In this document: positions 26,080 through 35,784 of the stretch, one piece after another
Layout: every line of letters begins with the position of its first letter
Position numbering within the stretch: position 1 is the stretch's first letter
NCBI GenBank assembly: GCA_036745175.1
Contig: DAIOGQ010000001.1
Coordinates: forward strand, 1-47,460
Origin: Kineosporiaceae bacterium
GTDB lineage: Bacteria > Actinomycetota > Actinomycetes > Actinomycetales > Kineosporiaceae
Direction of reading: 5' to 3'
Length of the DNA: 47,460 nt
Notes under the pieces: model-generated
What the model saw: the letters and a program-made list of their open reading frames with translations, nothing else
Database searches by the model: none
Told to the model about the DNA's origin: nothing
Program-made: the position numbers and the translations under genes

Positions 26080-28245
26080 ATGCGCCCCGCGTACGTCCAC
26101 GCCGCACAGGTCCGGCTGGCACCCGGCACCGAGCCGGCGGCCCCGGGCGGCGCCGTGACCGTCGCGCTGTGCGGTCATCGGGAGCACGCCGGGGCCGGCT
26201 GCCGGTGGCCGCACCACACGTCGGTGGCGGCGTCGGCGGACGGGTCGGGCGCCGAGGGCCCGGACGCCGCGGGCCTGCACGCCGTCCGGGTGCTCTTCGC
26301 GTGCGAGGCCGCGCAGGAGCCCGACGTCCGGGCGCGGGTGGCGGCGGCTCTCGACGCCGGCACCGTCGACGGACCCGCCGGGCCGCAGGCGTGGGCCGTC
26401 GTCAGCCAGGCGCCGGGGGCGGTCCGCGCCGACGAGCGCAGCCTCGCCGAACGACTCAGCGGGACGCCGTGGTGGACGTCCGCCGTCGTCTACCAGGTGT
26501 ACCCGCGCAGCTTCGCCGACTCCGACGGCGACGGGATCGGCGACCTCCCGGGGATCACCGCGCGGCTCGACCACCTCGCCTGGCTCGGGATCGACGCCGT
26601 CTGGCTGTCGCCGGTCTACCGCTCCCCACAGCACGACAACGGCTACGACATCAGCGACTACGAGGACGTCGACCCGACGTTCGGCACCCTCGCCGACCTC
26701 GACGCGCTGATCGCCGGCTGCCACGCGCGCGGGATCCGGCTCGTCATGGACCTCGTCGTCAACCACACGTCCGACCAGCACCCGTGGTTCGTCGCGTCCC
26801 GGTCCTCGACACAGGACCCGAAGCGCGACTGGTACTGGTGGCGGCCGGCCCGCGCCGGCCGGCAGCCCGGCACGCCGGGTGCCGAGCCGACGAACTGGGG
26901 CTCGGCGTTCTCCGGTCCCGCGTGGCACTACGACGAGGCGACGGGCGAGTACTTCCTCCACCTGTTCGCGCGGCAGCAGCCCGACCTCAACTGGGAGAAC
27001 CCGCAGGTCCGGCAGGCGGTCTACGCGATGATGCGCCGCTGGCTCGACCGCGGCGTCGACGGCTTCCGGATGGACGTCGTCAACTTCATCAGCAAGGCCG
27101 TCGGACCGGACGGCGCGCTGCCGGACGGCCAGGTGCCGCCGGGGTCCCGGGTCGGCGACGGCCGCCCGCACTACGTCAGCGGCCCGCGGGTCCACGAGTT
27201 CCTCGCCGAGATGCACCGGGAGGTCTTCGCGGACCGGCCCGGCCGGCTGCTGACCGTCGGCGAGATGCCGGGGGTCACGGTCGACGAGGCCCGGCTGTTC
27301 ACCGACCCGGCGCGCGCCGAGGTGGACATGGTCTTCCAGTTCGAGCACGTCGAGCTCGACCACGGTGCGTCCAAGTGGGACGCGCTCCCGTTCGACCTGC
27401 TCGCGCTCAAGGCGTCGTTCGGGCGCTGGCAGACGGGTCTGGCCGAGACCGGCTGGAACAGCCTCTACTGGGACAACCACGACCAGCCGCGCGCGGTCTC
27501 CCGCTTCGGGGACGACGGCGAGCACCGGGTCGCCGCCGCGAAGATGCTCGCGACGGTCCTGCACCTGCACCGCGGGACGCCCTTCGTCTACCAGGGCGAG
27601 GAGATCGGCATGACGAACGCGCCGTTCCCCGCGGTCACCGACTTCCGCGACGTCGAGTCGGTCAGCCACTACCGCGACGCGGTCGAGGTCGGCGGCCAGG
27701 ACCCGGAGGTCGTGCTCGCCGCGCTGCGTCCCGCCAGCCGGGACAACGCCCGCACCCCGATGCAGTGGGACGCCGGACCGACCGCCGGCTTCACGACCGG
27801 GACGCCGTGGATCGGCGTCAACCCGAACGCCGACGTCGTCAACGTCGAGGCGGCGCGGGCCGACCCGACGTCCGTGCTGCATCACCACCGTGCGCTCGTC
27901 CGGCTGCGGCACGACGAACCGACGGTCGCCCTCGGCGACTTCACGATGCTGCTCGCGGACGACCCCGACGTGTACGCGTTCACCCGCCGGCTGGGTCGCA
28001 CCGAGCTGCTCGTCCTCGGCAACTTCGGCGCGACCCCCCGGGACGTCGTCGTCCCGGACGCCGCGGTCTGGGCGGCCGCCGAGGTCGTCGCCGGCGACCC
28101 GCCGGCGGACGGGCCGGGCGGCTGCCCGGGATCTGCGGTGCGGCTCGGGCCCTGGGAGGGTCGGGCCTACCGCCGCCGCACCGCTGACCCTGCCGGGCTC
28201 AGGCCCACCCGCGCCGGCGCGGGTCCGGGGGCAGCCGAGGGTTGA
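26080..28245 (+). CDS. Oligo-1,6-glucosidase / alpha-glucosidase (GH13) with an extra ~125-aa N-terminal Cys/His domain
   Basis: YQVYPRSF, DNGYD, DLVVNH, QPDLN, GFRMDV (nucleophile), VGEM (acid/base), NHD, YQGEEIGM, RD-x-x-RTPMQW. Confidence 0.92.
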   Translation: MRPAYVHAAQVRLAPGTEPAAPGGAVTVALCGHREHAGAGCRWPHHTSVAASADGSGAEGPDAAGLHAVRVLFACEAAQEPDVRARVAAALDAGTVDGPAGPQAWAVVSQAPGAVRADERSLAERLSGTPWWTSAVVYQVYPRSFADSDGDGIGDLPGITARLDHLAWLGIDAVWLSPVYRSPQHDNGYDISDYEDVDPTFGTLADLDALIAGCHARGIRLVMDLVVNHTSDQHPWFVASRSSTQDPKRDWYWWRPARAGRQPGTPGAEPTNWGSAFSGPAWHYDEATGEYFLHLFARQQPDLNWENPQVRQAVYAMMRRWLDRGVDGFRMDVVNFISKAVGPDGALPDGQVPPGSRVGDGRPHYVSGPRVHEFLAEMHREVFADRPGRLLTVGEMPGVTVDEARLFTDPARAEVDMVFQFEHVELDHGASKWDALPFDLLALKASFGRWQTGLAETGWNSLYWDNHDQPRAVSRFGDDGEHRVAAAKMLATVLHLHRGTPFVYQGEEIGMTNAPFPAVTDFRDVESVSHYRDAVEVGGQDPEVVLAALRPASRDNARTPMQWDAGPTAGFTTGTPWIGVNPNADVVNVEAARADPTSVLHHHRALVRLRHDEPTVALGDFTMLLADDPDVYAFTRRLGRTELLVLGNFGATPRDVVVPDAAVWAAAEVVAGDPPADGPGGCPGSAVRLGPWEGRAYRRRTADPAGLRPTRAGAGPGAAEG

Positions 28246-30910
28246 CGAGGTGCGCGACGAGCGCCGTCCAGCCGGTCTGGTGGGTGGCGCCGAGTCCCTC
28301 CCCGGTGTCGCCGTCGAAGTACTCGCTGAACGACGGGTGCTCGCGCCACAGCGGGTGGTCGGTCGCCTCGATCCGGTCACCGTCCGCCGGCCGGCGGCCG
28401 TCGACCGGCCGGAACAGGGCGGTGAGCCCCTGGTCGATGATGTCGGCGGCCTCGACGAGGGTGTGCTGGTTGCCGGAGCCGGTCGGGATCTCGATGGTGA
28501 AGGTGTCGCCGAAGTGGCGGCCGATCGTGCGCAGCTTGTCGGCCAGCAGCACGTTGACCGGGAACCAGACCGGCCCTCGCCAGTTGGAGTTCCCGCCGAA
28601 CAGGCTGGTCCGCGACTCGCCGGGCTCGTACTCGATCGAGGCGTCGCGGCCTGCGACGTGCGTCGTGATCGGCTGCCGGCAGGCGGCGGTGAGCGAGCGG
28701 ATCCCGTACGGCGAGAGGAACTCCCCGGGGTCGAAGACCCGCTCGAGGATGCGCCGCAGCCGGGTCGGGTCGACGAGCGACAGCAGGATCTTGCGCTCCC
28801 CCGCACCCTTGGCGAACAGCAGCGGACGGACGAGCTCGGGGCGGCGGCGCTGGAGCCAACGCATCCGCGCGGTGAGGTCCGGGCACTCCTCACCGACCCA
28901 GGCCGGCACCTCGGTCGCCGCGAGGATCGGCAGCAGCCCGACCATCGAACGCACGCGCAGCGGTTGCGAGGTCCCGTCGGGGGCGACGAGGACGTCGTAG
29001 AAGAAGCCGTCCTCCTCGTGCCACAGCGACGTGCCCCGGGAGCCGAAGCTGCGCATCGCCCTGGCGATCCCGAGGAAGTGCTCGAAGAACTTCGTCGCGA
29101 CGTCGTCCCACGCCTTGTCCGTGCGCGCGAGCTCGAGGGCGATCTTGAACATCTGCTGGCAGTAGAAGGCCATCCAGCTCGTGGCGTCGGACTGCTCGAG
29201 CCGGAAGCCGGGCGGCAACGGAGCGGACCGGTCGAAGAGCGCGATGTTGTCCATACCGAGGAAGCCGCCCTCGAAGACGTTGGACCCGTTGGCGTCCTTG
29301 CGGTTGACCCACCACGAGAAGTTCAGGAGCAGCTTGGTGAAGACCCGGATGAGGAAGTCCCGGTCCCGGTAGCCGTCGATCCGGTACACGTGCCACGCCG
29401 CCCACGCGTGCACGGGCGGGTTGACGTCGCCGAAGGCCCACTCGTACGCGGGCAGCTGGCCGTTGGGGTGCATCGCCCACTCGCGGCACATGAGGAGCAG
29501 CTGCTCCTTGGCGAACGCGGGGTCCACGTGGGCAAGCGGGATCGCGTGGAAGGCGAGGTCCCACGCGGCGAACCACGGGTACTCCCACTCGTCGGGCATC
29601 GAGATGACGTCGGCGAGGTAGAGGTGGCGCCACGACGTGTTGCGCGCGCCGGCCGCCGCCCGTCGGCCCGGCGCCGGCTCCGCGGCCGGGTCGGTGTCGA
29701 GCCACTCCTCGACGTCGTACCGGTAGAGCTGCTTGGTCCACAGCAGCCCCGCGTAGGCACGACGCGCCACGTGCCGGTCCTCGGCCGGCACGGACGGCGC
29801 GATGACCTGGGCGTAGAACTCGTCGGCCTCCCGGCGGCGGTCCGCGAGCACCGCGTCGAACTCGGCCCCGAACGTCGCGGCCCCCGGCAGCGCCGGGCTC
29901 AGCCGGAGCCGGACCGTGACCGACGCACCCGCCGGCACGCTGTCGAAGACGTACCAGACGGCGACCTTCGTGCCCTCGTCGAAGGGGTTGATCCCGGTGG
30001 CGTCCCCGAGGACGACGCGCCGGTTGACGCCGTCCTTCGGGTACGGGCTCGGGTTCTTGCGGGCGCCGAAGAGCAGCCGCGCGTTCGTCTCGTTGTCGCA
30101 GAACAGCAGCACCGGCGCGCCCTGCGCGGCGAGGTGGTACCGGCCGAGGTGGCCGTGCTCGATCTCGACCGCCTCGACGCCGTTCACGGTGAACGTCGGC
30201 GGGAGCAGCTGGTGCATGGACGGCTTGCGGCCGTCCCGGCCCCACGCCCACGTGTTGCGGAACCACAGCTGCGGCAGCAGGTGCAGCGGCGCGGCGTCCG
30301 GCCCCTGGTTCGTCGCCGTGACCTCGATGCACAGGTCGTCCGGCGCGGCCTTGGCGTACGTGACGAGGACGTCGAAGAACCGGTTGTCGTCCAGGACCCC
30401 GCTGTCGCCGAGCTCGTACTCGCGCTCGTCCCGGCCGCGGCGGGCGTTCTCCGCCCGGAGCAGGTCGTACGGGAAGGCCGCGTGCGGGTAGCGGTACATC
30501 CACTGCATCCAGCTGTGCGTGGGCGTCCCGTCGACGGCCCACCAGTACTCCTTGACGTCCTCACCGTGGTTGCCCTCGCCGTTCGTCAGACCGAAGAGGC
30601 GCTCCTTGACCCGGTCGTCGTTCGTGTTCCACAGCGCGAGCGCGACGTTGAGGAAGCCGAACCGGTCGCACACCCCGCCCAGGCCGTCCTCGCCCCAGCG
30701 GTAGGCCCGGGCGTGCGACTGGTCGAAACCGAACGCGCCCCAGGCGTCGCCGTCCGCGGAGTAGTCCTCGCGGACCGTTCCCCACTGCCGGCCCGACAGG
30801 TAGGGGCCCCACATCCGCCAGGGCGAGTCGGGGCCCGGCGACCCGGCCAGCCGCGCGTGCTCGGCCGTGTCCTTCGGGGCCCACTCGATGCTCGGATCCG
30901 GTTCCGTCAC
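28199..30910 (-). CDS. GH63-like (MGH1-like) glucosidase
   Basis: WGPYLS-x-RQWGTVREDYS, GNHGEDVKE, SMPD-x-WEYPWFAAWDLAFH, GGFLGMDN, FGGNSNWRGPVW, EYF-x-GD-x-G-x-GLGA-x-HQTGWT; start uncertain (30910 chosen). Confidence 0.9.
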   Translation of the reverse strand: MTEPDPSIEWAPKDTAEHARLAGSPGPDSPWRMWGPYLSGRQWGTVREDYSADGDAWGAFGFDQSHARAYRWGEDGLGGVCDRFGFLNVALALWNTNDDRVKERLFGLTNGEGNHGEDVKEYWWAVDGTPTHSWMQWMYRYPHAAFPYDLLRAENARRGRDEREYELGDSGVLDDNRFFDVLVTYAKAAPDDLCIEVTATNQGPDAAPLHLLPQLWFRNTWAWGRDGRKPSMHQLLPPTFTVNGVEAVEIEHGHLGRYHLAAQGAPVLLFCDNETNARLLFGARKNPSPYPKDGVNRRVVLGDATGINPFDEGTKVAVWYVFDSVPAGASVTVRLRLSPALPGAATFGAEFDAVLADRRREADEFYAQVIAPSVPAEDRHVARRAYAGLLWTKQLYRYDVEEWLDTDPAAEPAPGRRAAAGARNTSWRHLYLADVISMPDEWEYPWFAAWDLAFHAIPLAHVDPAFAKEQLLLMCREWAMHPNGQLPAYEWAFGDVNPPVHAWAAWHVYRIDGYRDRDFLIRVFTKLLLNFSWWVNRKDANGSNVFEGGFLGMDNIALFDRSAPLPPGFRLEQSDATSWMAFYCQQMFKIALELARTDKAWDDVATKFFEHFLGIARAMRSFGSRGTSLWHEEDGFFYDVLVAPDGTSQPLRVRSMVGLLPILAATEVPAWVGEECPDLTARMRWLQRRRPELVRPLLFAKGAGERKILLSLVDPTRLRRILERVFDPGEFLSPYGIRSLTAACRQPITTHVAGRDASIEYEPGESRTSLFGGNSNWRGPVWFPVNVLLADKLRTIGRHFGDTFTIEIPTGSGNQHTLVEAADIIDQGLTALFRPVDGRRPADGDRIEATDHPLWREHPSFSEYFDGDTGEGLGATHQTGWTALVAHLVNPRLPPDPRRRGWA

Positions 30911-31122
30911 GTCGTCAGCGTCCCGTCGGTGGGGGTCGGAGGTGGTGCTCGCCGCGGGACGGGTCGTCCTGCGGCGGGGTGCGGGACCGCTCATGACGGC
31001 CATTCAACGCCGTCCCGGTGCCGGGGGCGGGCCGCCGCGACCGTGTCGCGACGGTCAGATCGCACGGGACCCGCGACCTTGGGGTGGTGTCGCGGGCCGT
31101 CGTTCCCGGGTGGACTGGCGTC

Positions 31123-31842
31123 GTGACCCTTCGCCCGGACGCACCCACCACTGCTGCGACCACGACCGCGGTGATGCTGCACTGGCTGCCGCTCGGAGCG
31201 GGCGGCCACGTCGTCCGGTGGAACGGCCGCATCTACGAGGCACTGCTGGCGGCGCGGGACCGCCGGCCCCGCTGCGACCTCTACCACGGCGCGCTCACCC
31301 TTCGGGCCGACGGCACGCACTACGTCGTCGAGCTCGCCCCGGCCGCCGACGCGCGCGGTGGCGGCCCTGGCGTCGTCATGACGGGACCGGTCGGCGTGGC
31401 CTGGGCCGGTCGGTTCCGCTGGTTCCGGTACGAGCTGCGCTGCTGGCGCGACGGCGTCCTGCCCGACCTCGCGGACGCCGTGGGCGATCCCACGGTGCTC
31501 GCCGACGACGACACCACCGCGCGGCGGCTGCTCGGGGCCGCTCCGCACCTGCCCGCTCTCGTCTGGGGCCGCGACGAGGTGCGGGCCGGGGAGATGTGGA
31601 ACTCGAACTCCGCGGTCGCCTGGCTCCTCGAGCGCGCCGGCCTCGACGCGGACGCCGTCCGCCCACCGCCGGGCGGGCGTGCCCCCGGCTGGCGGGCCGG
31701 CGTGGTGCTCGCGCGGACCCCGGCCGGGGCGCCGTCCGTCGTGCCGACGGCGCCCGCCGACGCATCCGGGCGACGCGGGTCGGGACGGTCTAGGCTGTCC
31801 GACGCGCGCGGAGGTCGCGTCCGGGTCCGCGGGAAGGACTGA
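31123..31842 (+). CDS. Conserved hypothetical protein, possible permuted papain-like fold
   Basis: WLPLGAGG, YHGAL, YELRCW, WG-x-DE...WNSNSAVAWLL, GGRAPGW; start uncertain. Confidence 0.7.
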   Translation: MTLRPDAPTTAATTTAVMLHWLPLGAGGHVVRWNGRIYEALLAARDRRPRCDLYHGALTLRADGTHYVVELAPAADARGGGPGVVMTGPVGVAWAGRFRWFRYELRCWRDGVLPDLADAVGDPTVLADDDTTARRLLGAAPHLPALVWGRDEVRAGEMWNSNSAVAWLLERAGLDADAVRPPPGGRAPGWRAGVVLARTPAGAPSVVPTAPADASGRRGSGRSRLSDARGGRVRVRGKD

Positions 31843-31927
31843 GTCCACCTCCTGAGCCCGGCAGTGAAGCCGTCATCGTCCTCATGCCCCCAGACGCGGA
31901 CCGGGTGGGCGCCATCGAGGAGATGAC

Positions 31928-33506
31928 ATGTTGCCCCAGGACCCCGACCTCGACCAGCTGCGCCGGCAGGCGAAGGAGCTGCGCGACGCCGCCCGCGCGG
32001 GCGACCCGGACGCACTGGTCCGGGTCCGCGCCCACGCTGCGGCCGCCGACGCGAGCCGGCTGGCGACCGCGCAGCTGACGGTCGCCCGCGAGCACGGCTA
32101 CCCCAGCTGGCCCCGACTCGTGGCCGGCATCGAGGAGGCCACCGAAGGCCTGGCTGCGCGTGTGGACGCGTTCCTGGCGGCCAGCGTCACCGGTCGCACC
32201 GGACGTGCGGCCCGGCTGCTGGCCGCCGAGCCCGCCATCGCCGACCATGACCACCGCACTGCTGTCGTCCTCGGCGACGCCGCCCGCGTCCGCGACCACC
32301 TCGCCCGCGACCCGGGGCTCGCCGTGCGGCCGGACGCCCGGTCCGGGTGGCCCTTGCTCCTGGGGGTGTGCAGCTCACGCTGGCACGTGATCGACCCCGA
32401 CCCGGGCGACCGGGATGCTGGAGGTGGCGCGGCTGCTGCTGGACGCCGGAGCCGACCCGAACACCACGGTCGGTGACCCGCCCGGACACCCCAGCCACTG
32501 CTCCACCCTGTTCGCCGCCGCCGGCTGCGCCGACAACCCGGCGATCACCGAGCTGCTCCTGGCGCGCGGCGCCGCCCCCGACGACCACACCCTGTACCTG
32601 GCTGCCTTCCATCCCGACCACCGGTGCCTGCGCCTGCTGCTCCGGCACGGCGCCGTCACCAGCGGCAGCACGGCGCTCGCGGCGCCGATCAGCACCGGGG
32701 ACACCGAGGCCGTCCGGCTGCTGCTGGATGCCGGGGCCGATCCGAGGCATCCACTGCCGGCCGACCTGCTCGCCGAGGCCGCACCGCCGGGACGAGACGT
32801 CACCGCGGTGAACGCCGCGATCGAGGCCGAGTGCCCTGCCGAGCTGATCGAGCTGCTGCTGCGCCACGGTGCCGACCCCGACACCCCCGACCGCAGCGGC
32901 CGTTCCCCCTACCGGCAGGCTCTGCGGCGGGACCGTTCCGACGTCGCCGGCCTGCTGGCGCGGCACGGCGCCCGCGCCGACGGGACGGCCCTGGACCTCC
33001 TCCTCGGCGCCTGCCTGCGCGGCGACCAGGCCCGGACCCGGCGGCTGCTCCGGGACGATCCGGGGCTGCTCGACCGACTCGGACCCGACGACCACGAGGT
33101 GCTCGTCCAGGCCGCCGGGCGCGGACGCCTCGACGCGGTGCGGCTCATGCTCGACCTGGGGTTCCCGACCGACGCCCGTGGCGGGCGACGACGGGGCGAC
33201 AGCACTGCACGTGGCCGCGGGCTCCGGCCACGCCGACGTCGTCCGGCTCCTCGTCGACCGCTGCGCGGACATCGAGGCACCCGACCCGCTCTGGGGATCC
33301 ACGCCCCTTGTCTGGGCCAGCGTCGGCAGCGGCCTCCAGCTGGCCGCCACCGCTGACTCCGACTGGGTGGCCGCCGTCCGGATCCTCGTCGCCGCGGGTG
33401 CGCGTGTCGACGACGCCTGGGTCGAGGACAAGCCCCCAGCCAGGACGTCGCCGAGCTCCTGCGTGCCCGTGGGGTCCGCGCGCCCGACCAGGAGCGCGAC
33501 ACCTGA
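31928..33506 (+). pseudogene. Ankyrin-repeat protein with N-terminal LPxxPxLxQLRRQAKEL domain, three frameshifts
   Basis: GAGGAG RBS; ankyrin repeats (LLLDAGADPN, TALHVAAGSGHADVVRLL, STPLVWA) continue across frames with breaks near 32400, 33183 and 33436; reconstructed stop at 33504-33506. Confidence 0.8.
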
Positions 33507-33591
33507 GGTCCGGCCCCGAGCGGGCCGACCTGCAGTCCCGCGCCGACCTGACGTCGGGGCGTCCGGACGCCACGGAGCAACCGAGCGTGGA

Positions 33592-33666
33592 TCCGCATCT
33601 GCGCAGACTCGATGGGCAATGCTCCGCCAGATCGGCTGTGACATGGCTACTGGTCCGCGTCTGCGG
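33592..33666. promoter_or_regulatory. Paired operator-like sites upstream of the mod operon
   Basis: Direct repeat TCCGC(A/G)TCTGCG at 33592-33603 and 33654-33665, each a CGCA-NN-TGCG-type palindrome; the second abuts the -10 TATCGT (33668-33673) of a leaderless start. Confidence 0.6.
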
Positions 33667-33679
33667 GTATCGTCGGCTC

Positions 33680-34090
33680 ATGACCACCGTCTTCCGGATC
33701 CGGCAGGCGGCCGAGCTGCTCGGTGTCAGCGACGACACCGTGCGCCGCTGGGCCGACAGCGGCCGACTGCCGACGACCACCGACGGCTCGAGCCGGCGGG
33801 TCGTCGAAGGGCCGGTCCTCGCACGGTTCGCCGAGGAGCTCGCCGCCGCGGCGGTGGACGACCGCCCACGGACGACGGTCGCGCAGTCCGCCCGCAACCA
33901 CTTCCGCGGGCTCGTGACGAGCGTCGTGAAGGACACCGTGATGGCCAAGGTCGACATCCAGGCCGGGCCGTTCCGGGTCGTGTCCCTCATGAGCCGGGAG
34001 GCGGCCGACGAGCTCGGCCTGGCGCCCGGAGTGCTCGCCGTCGCGAGCGTGAAGTCCACCAACGTCGTCGTCGAGATCCCGGACGCCTGA
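33680..34090 (+). CDS. Molybdenum-responsive regulator (excisionase/MerR-like HTH + TOBE domain; actinobacterial ModE-like)
   Basis: FRIRQAAELLGVSDDTVRRW HTH; SARN, VSLMSREA, VKSTNV Mop/TOBE motifs; first gene of the mod operon. Confidence 0.92.
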   Translation: MTTVFRIRQAAELLGVSDDTVRRWADSGRLPTTTDGSSRRVVEGPVLARFAEELAAAAVDDRPRTTVAQSARNHFRGLVTSVVKDTVMAKVDIQAGPFRVVSLMSREAADELGLAPGVLAVASVKSTNVVVEIPDA

Positions 34091-34093
34091 GCC

Positions 34094-34864
34094 GTGCGCG
34101 GCCGTCCCACCGCCATCGCGCTCGTGTGCGCCGCGGCGTGCGCGGTGCTCGCCGCGTGCGGCGGTCCGTCGTCCGCGGCGCGGCCCGGCCTCGGCGGCGA
34201 GATCACCGTGCTCGCGGCCGCATCGCTCACCGACGCCTTCACCACGCTCGGCACGCAGTTCGAGCAGGCCCACCCGCGCACGACGGTGACGTTCAGCTTC
34301 GGCGCCAGCTCGGCGCTGGCCACGCAGATCGGGCAGGGCGCCCCGGTCGACGTCTTCGCGTCCGCGTCGCAGAAGGACGTGGACGCCGTCATCGCCGCCC
34401 GGGCCGCCGCGAGCTCGACCGCGTTCGCGAGGAACGTCATGCAGATCGCCGTCCCGAAGGCCAACCCGGCGAAGGTCACCCGGCTGTCCGACCTCGCCAG
34501 ACCCGGCGTCAAGGTCGCGCTCTGCCAGGTCGAGGTTCCGTGCGGCGCGACCGCGGCGAAGGTCTTCGAGAACGCAGGGCTGACGGTCGAGCCGGTCACC
34601 GAGGAGGCGGACGTCAAGGCGACGCTCGCCAAGGTGACCCTCGGCGAGGTGGACGCCGGGGTCGTCTACGTGACGGACGTGCTCGCCGCGGGCGACGACG
34701 TCACCGGGATCGAGATCCCGGCCGGCGTCAACGCCTCGACCGTCTACCCGATCGCTGCCCTGAGCGCGAGCAGGAACGCGTCGCTCGCACAGGCCTTCGT
34801 CGACCACGTCCTCTCGGCGGCCGGCGCGAAGGTCCTCACGGACGCGGGCTTCCAGCAGCCGTAG
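34094..34864 (+). CDS. modA: Molybdate ABC transporter substrate-binding lipoprotein
   Basis: Lipobox LAAC, AAASL, FGASS-x-LA-x-QI-x-QGAPVDVFASA, VPCG, DAGVVY-x-TD, YPIA. Confidence 0.95.
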   Translation: MRGRPTAIALVCAAACAVLAACGGPSSAARPGLGGEITVLAAASLTDAFTTLGTQFEQAHPRTTVTFSFGASSALATQIGQGAPVDVFASASQKDVDAVIAARAAASSTAFARNVMQIAVPKANPAKVTRLSDLARPGVKVALCQVEVPCGATAAKVFENAGLTVEPVTEEADVKATLAKVTLGEVDAGVVYVTDVLAAGDDVTGIEIPAGVNASTVYPIAALSASRNASLAQAFVDHVLSAAGAKVLTDAGFQQP

Positions 34865-34917
34865 GGCGCAGGGCGGCTCCGCCCGACGCAGACGACGACG
34901 AACGGACCAGGGCCATC

Positions 34918-35784
34918 ATGCACAGCACCCACGACCGGGGACGCCCCGCGGGCGGGTCCTCGCCGGGCGTCCGCACCCGGGTGCACGCAGACGTCGACGG
35001 CCGGACGCCGTGGCCGCTCGGCGTACCCGCCGCCGTCGCGATCGCCTTCCTGCTCCTGCCGCTGGTCGGGATGGTCGTGCTCGCCCCGTGGCGCGACCTG
35101 CCACGGATCCTCGCCGAGACCCAGGCCGTCCAGGCGCTGCGCCTCTCGCTCGTCACCGCGACGGTGACGACGGTCGTGTCGCTCGTGATCGGAGTGCCGC
35201 TGGCCTGGGTGCTGGCCCGCTCCCGGTGGCGCGGCATCGGGGTCCTTCGCGCGTTCGTCACGCTGCCGCTCGTCCTGCCGCCGGTCGTCGGCGGCGTCGC
35301 ACTGCTGCTCGCCTACGGGCGCACCGGGCTCGTCGGGCGATGGCTCTACGCGTGGACCGGCTACCAGATCCCGTTCACCACGACCGCGGTCGTCCTCGCG
35401 CAGACGTTCGTCGCCATGCCGTTCCTCGTCGTCACCGTCGAGGGCGCGCTCCGGTCGGCGGACGCCGGGCTCGAGGAGGCCGCCGCGACGCTGGGCTCCC
35501 GGCGTTTCGCGACCTTCCGGCGGGTGACGCTCCCGCTCGTGGCGCCGAGTCTGGCGGCGGGCAGCATCCTGTGCTGGGCCCGGGCGCTCGGGGAGTTCGG
35601 CGCCACGATCACCTTCGCCGGCAACCTGCCCGGCGTCACGCAGGCCATGCCGAGCGCGGTCTACCGTGCCTTCGAGCGGGACCCGCGGTCAGCGGTGGCG
35701 CTCAGCCTCGTGCTCCTCACGGTGTCGGTCACGGTCCTCGTGCTGCTGCGGGACCGCTGGCTGCGGCCGGGGACGACGCTGTGA
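34918..35784 (+). CDS. modB: Molybdate ABC transporter permease
   Basis: LPLVLPPVVGG, EAA loop EEAAATLG, WARALGEFGATITFAGNLPG. Confidence 0.95.
   Translation: MHSTHDRGRPAGGSSPGVRTRVHADVDGRTPWPLGVPAAVAIAFLLLPLVGMVVLAPWRDLPRILAETQAVQALRLSLVTATVTTVVSLVIGVPLAWVLARSRWRGIGVLRAFVTLPLVLPPVVGGVALLLAYGRTGLVGRWLYAWTGYQIPFTTTAVVLAQTFVAMPFLVVTVEGALRSADAGLEEAAATLGSRRFATFRRVTLPLVAPSLAAGSILCWARALGEFGATITFAGNLPGVTQAMPSAVYRAFERDPRSAVALSLVLLTVSVTVLVLLRDRWLRPGTTL

Noticed and set aside
32869..35784. 971-aa ankyrin-ModB fusion
   Set aside because: A chance open frame linking an ankyrin fragment to modB across the regulator and modA, which lie in another frame
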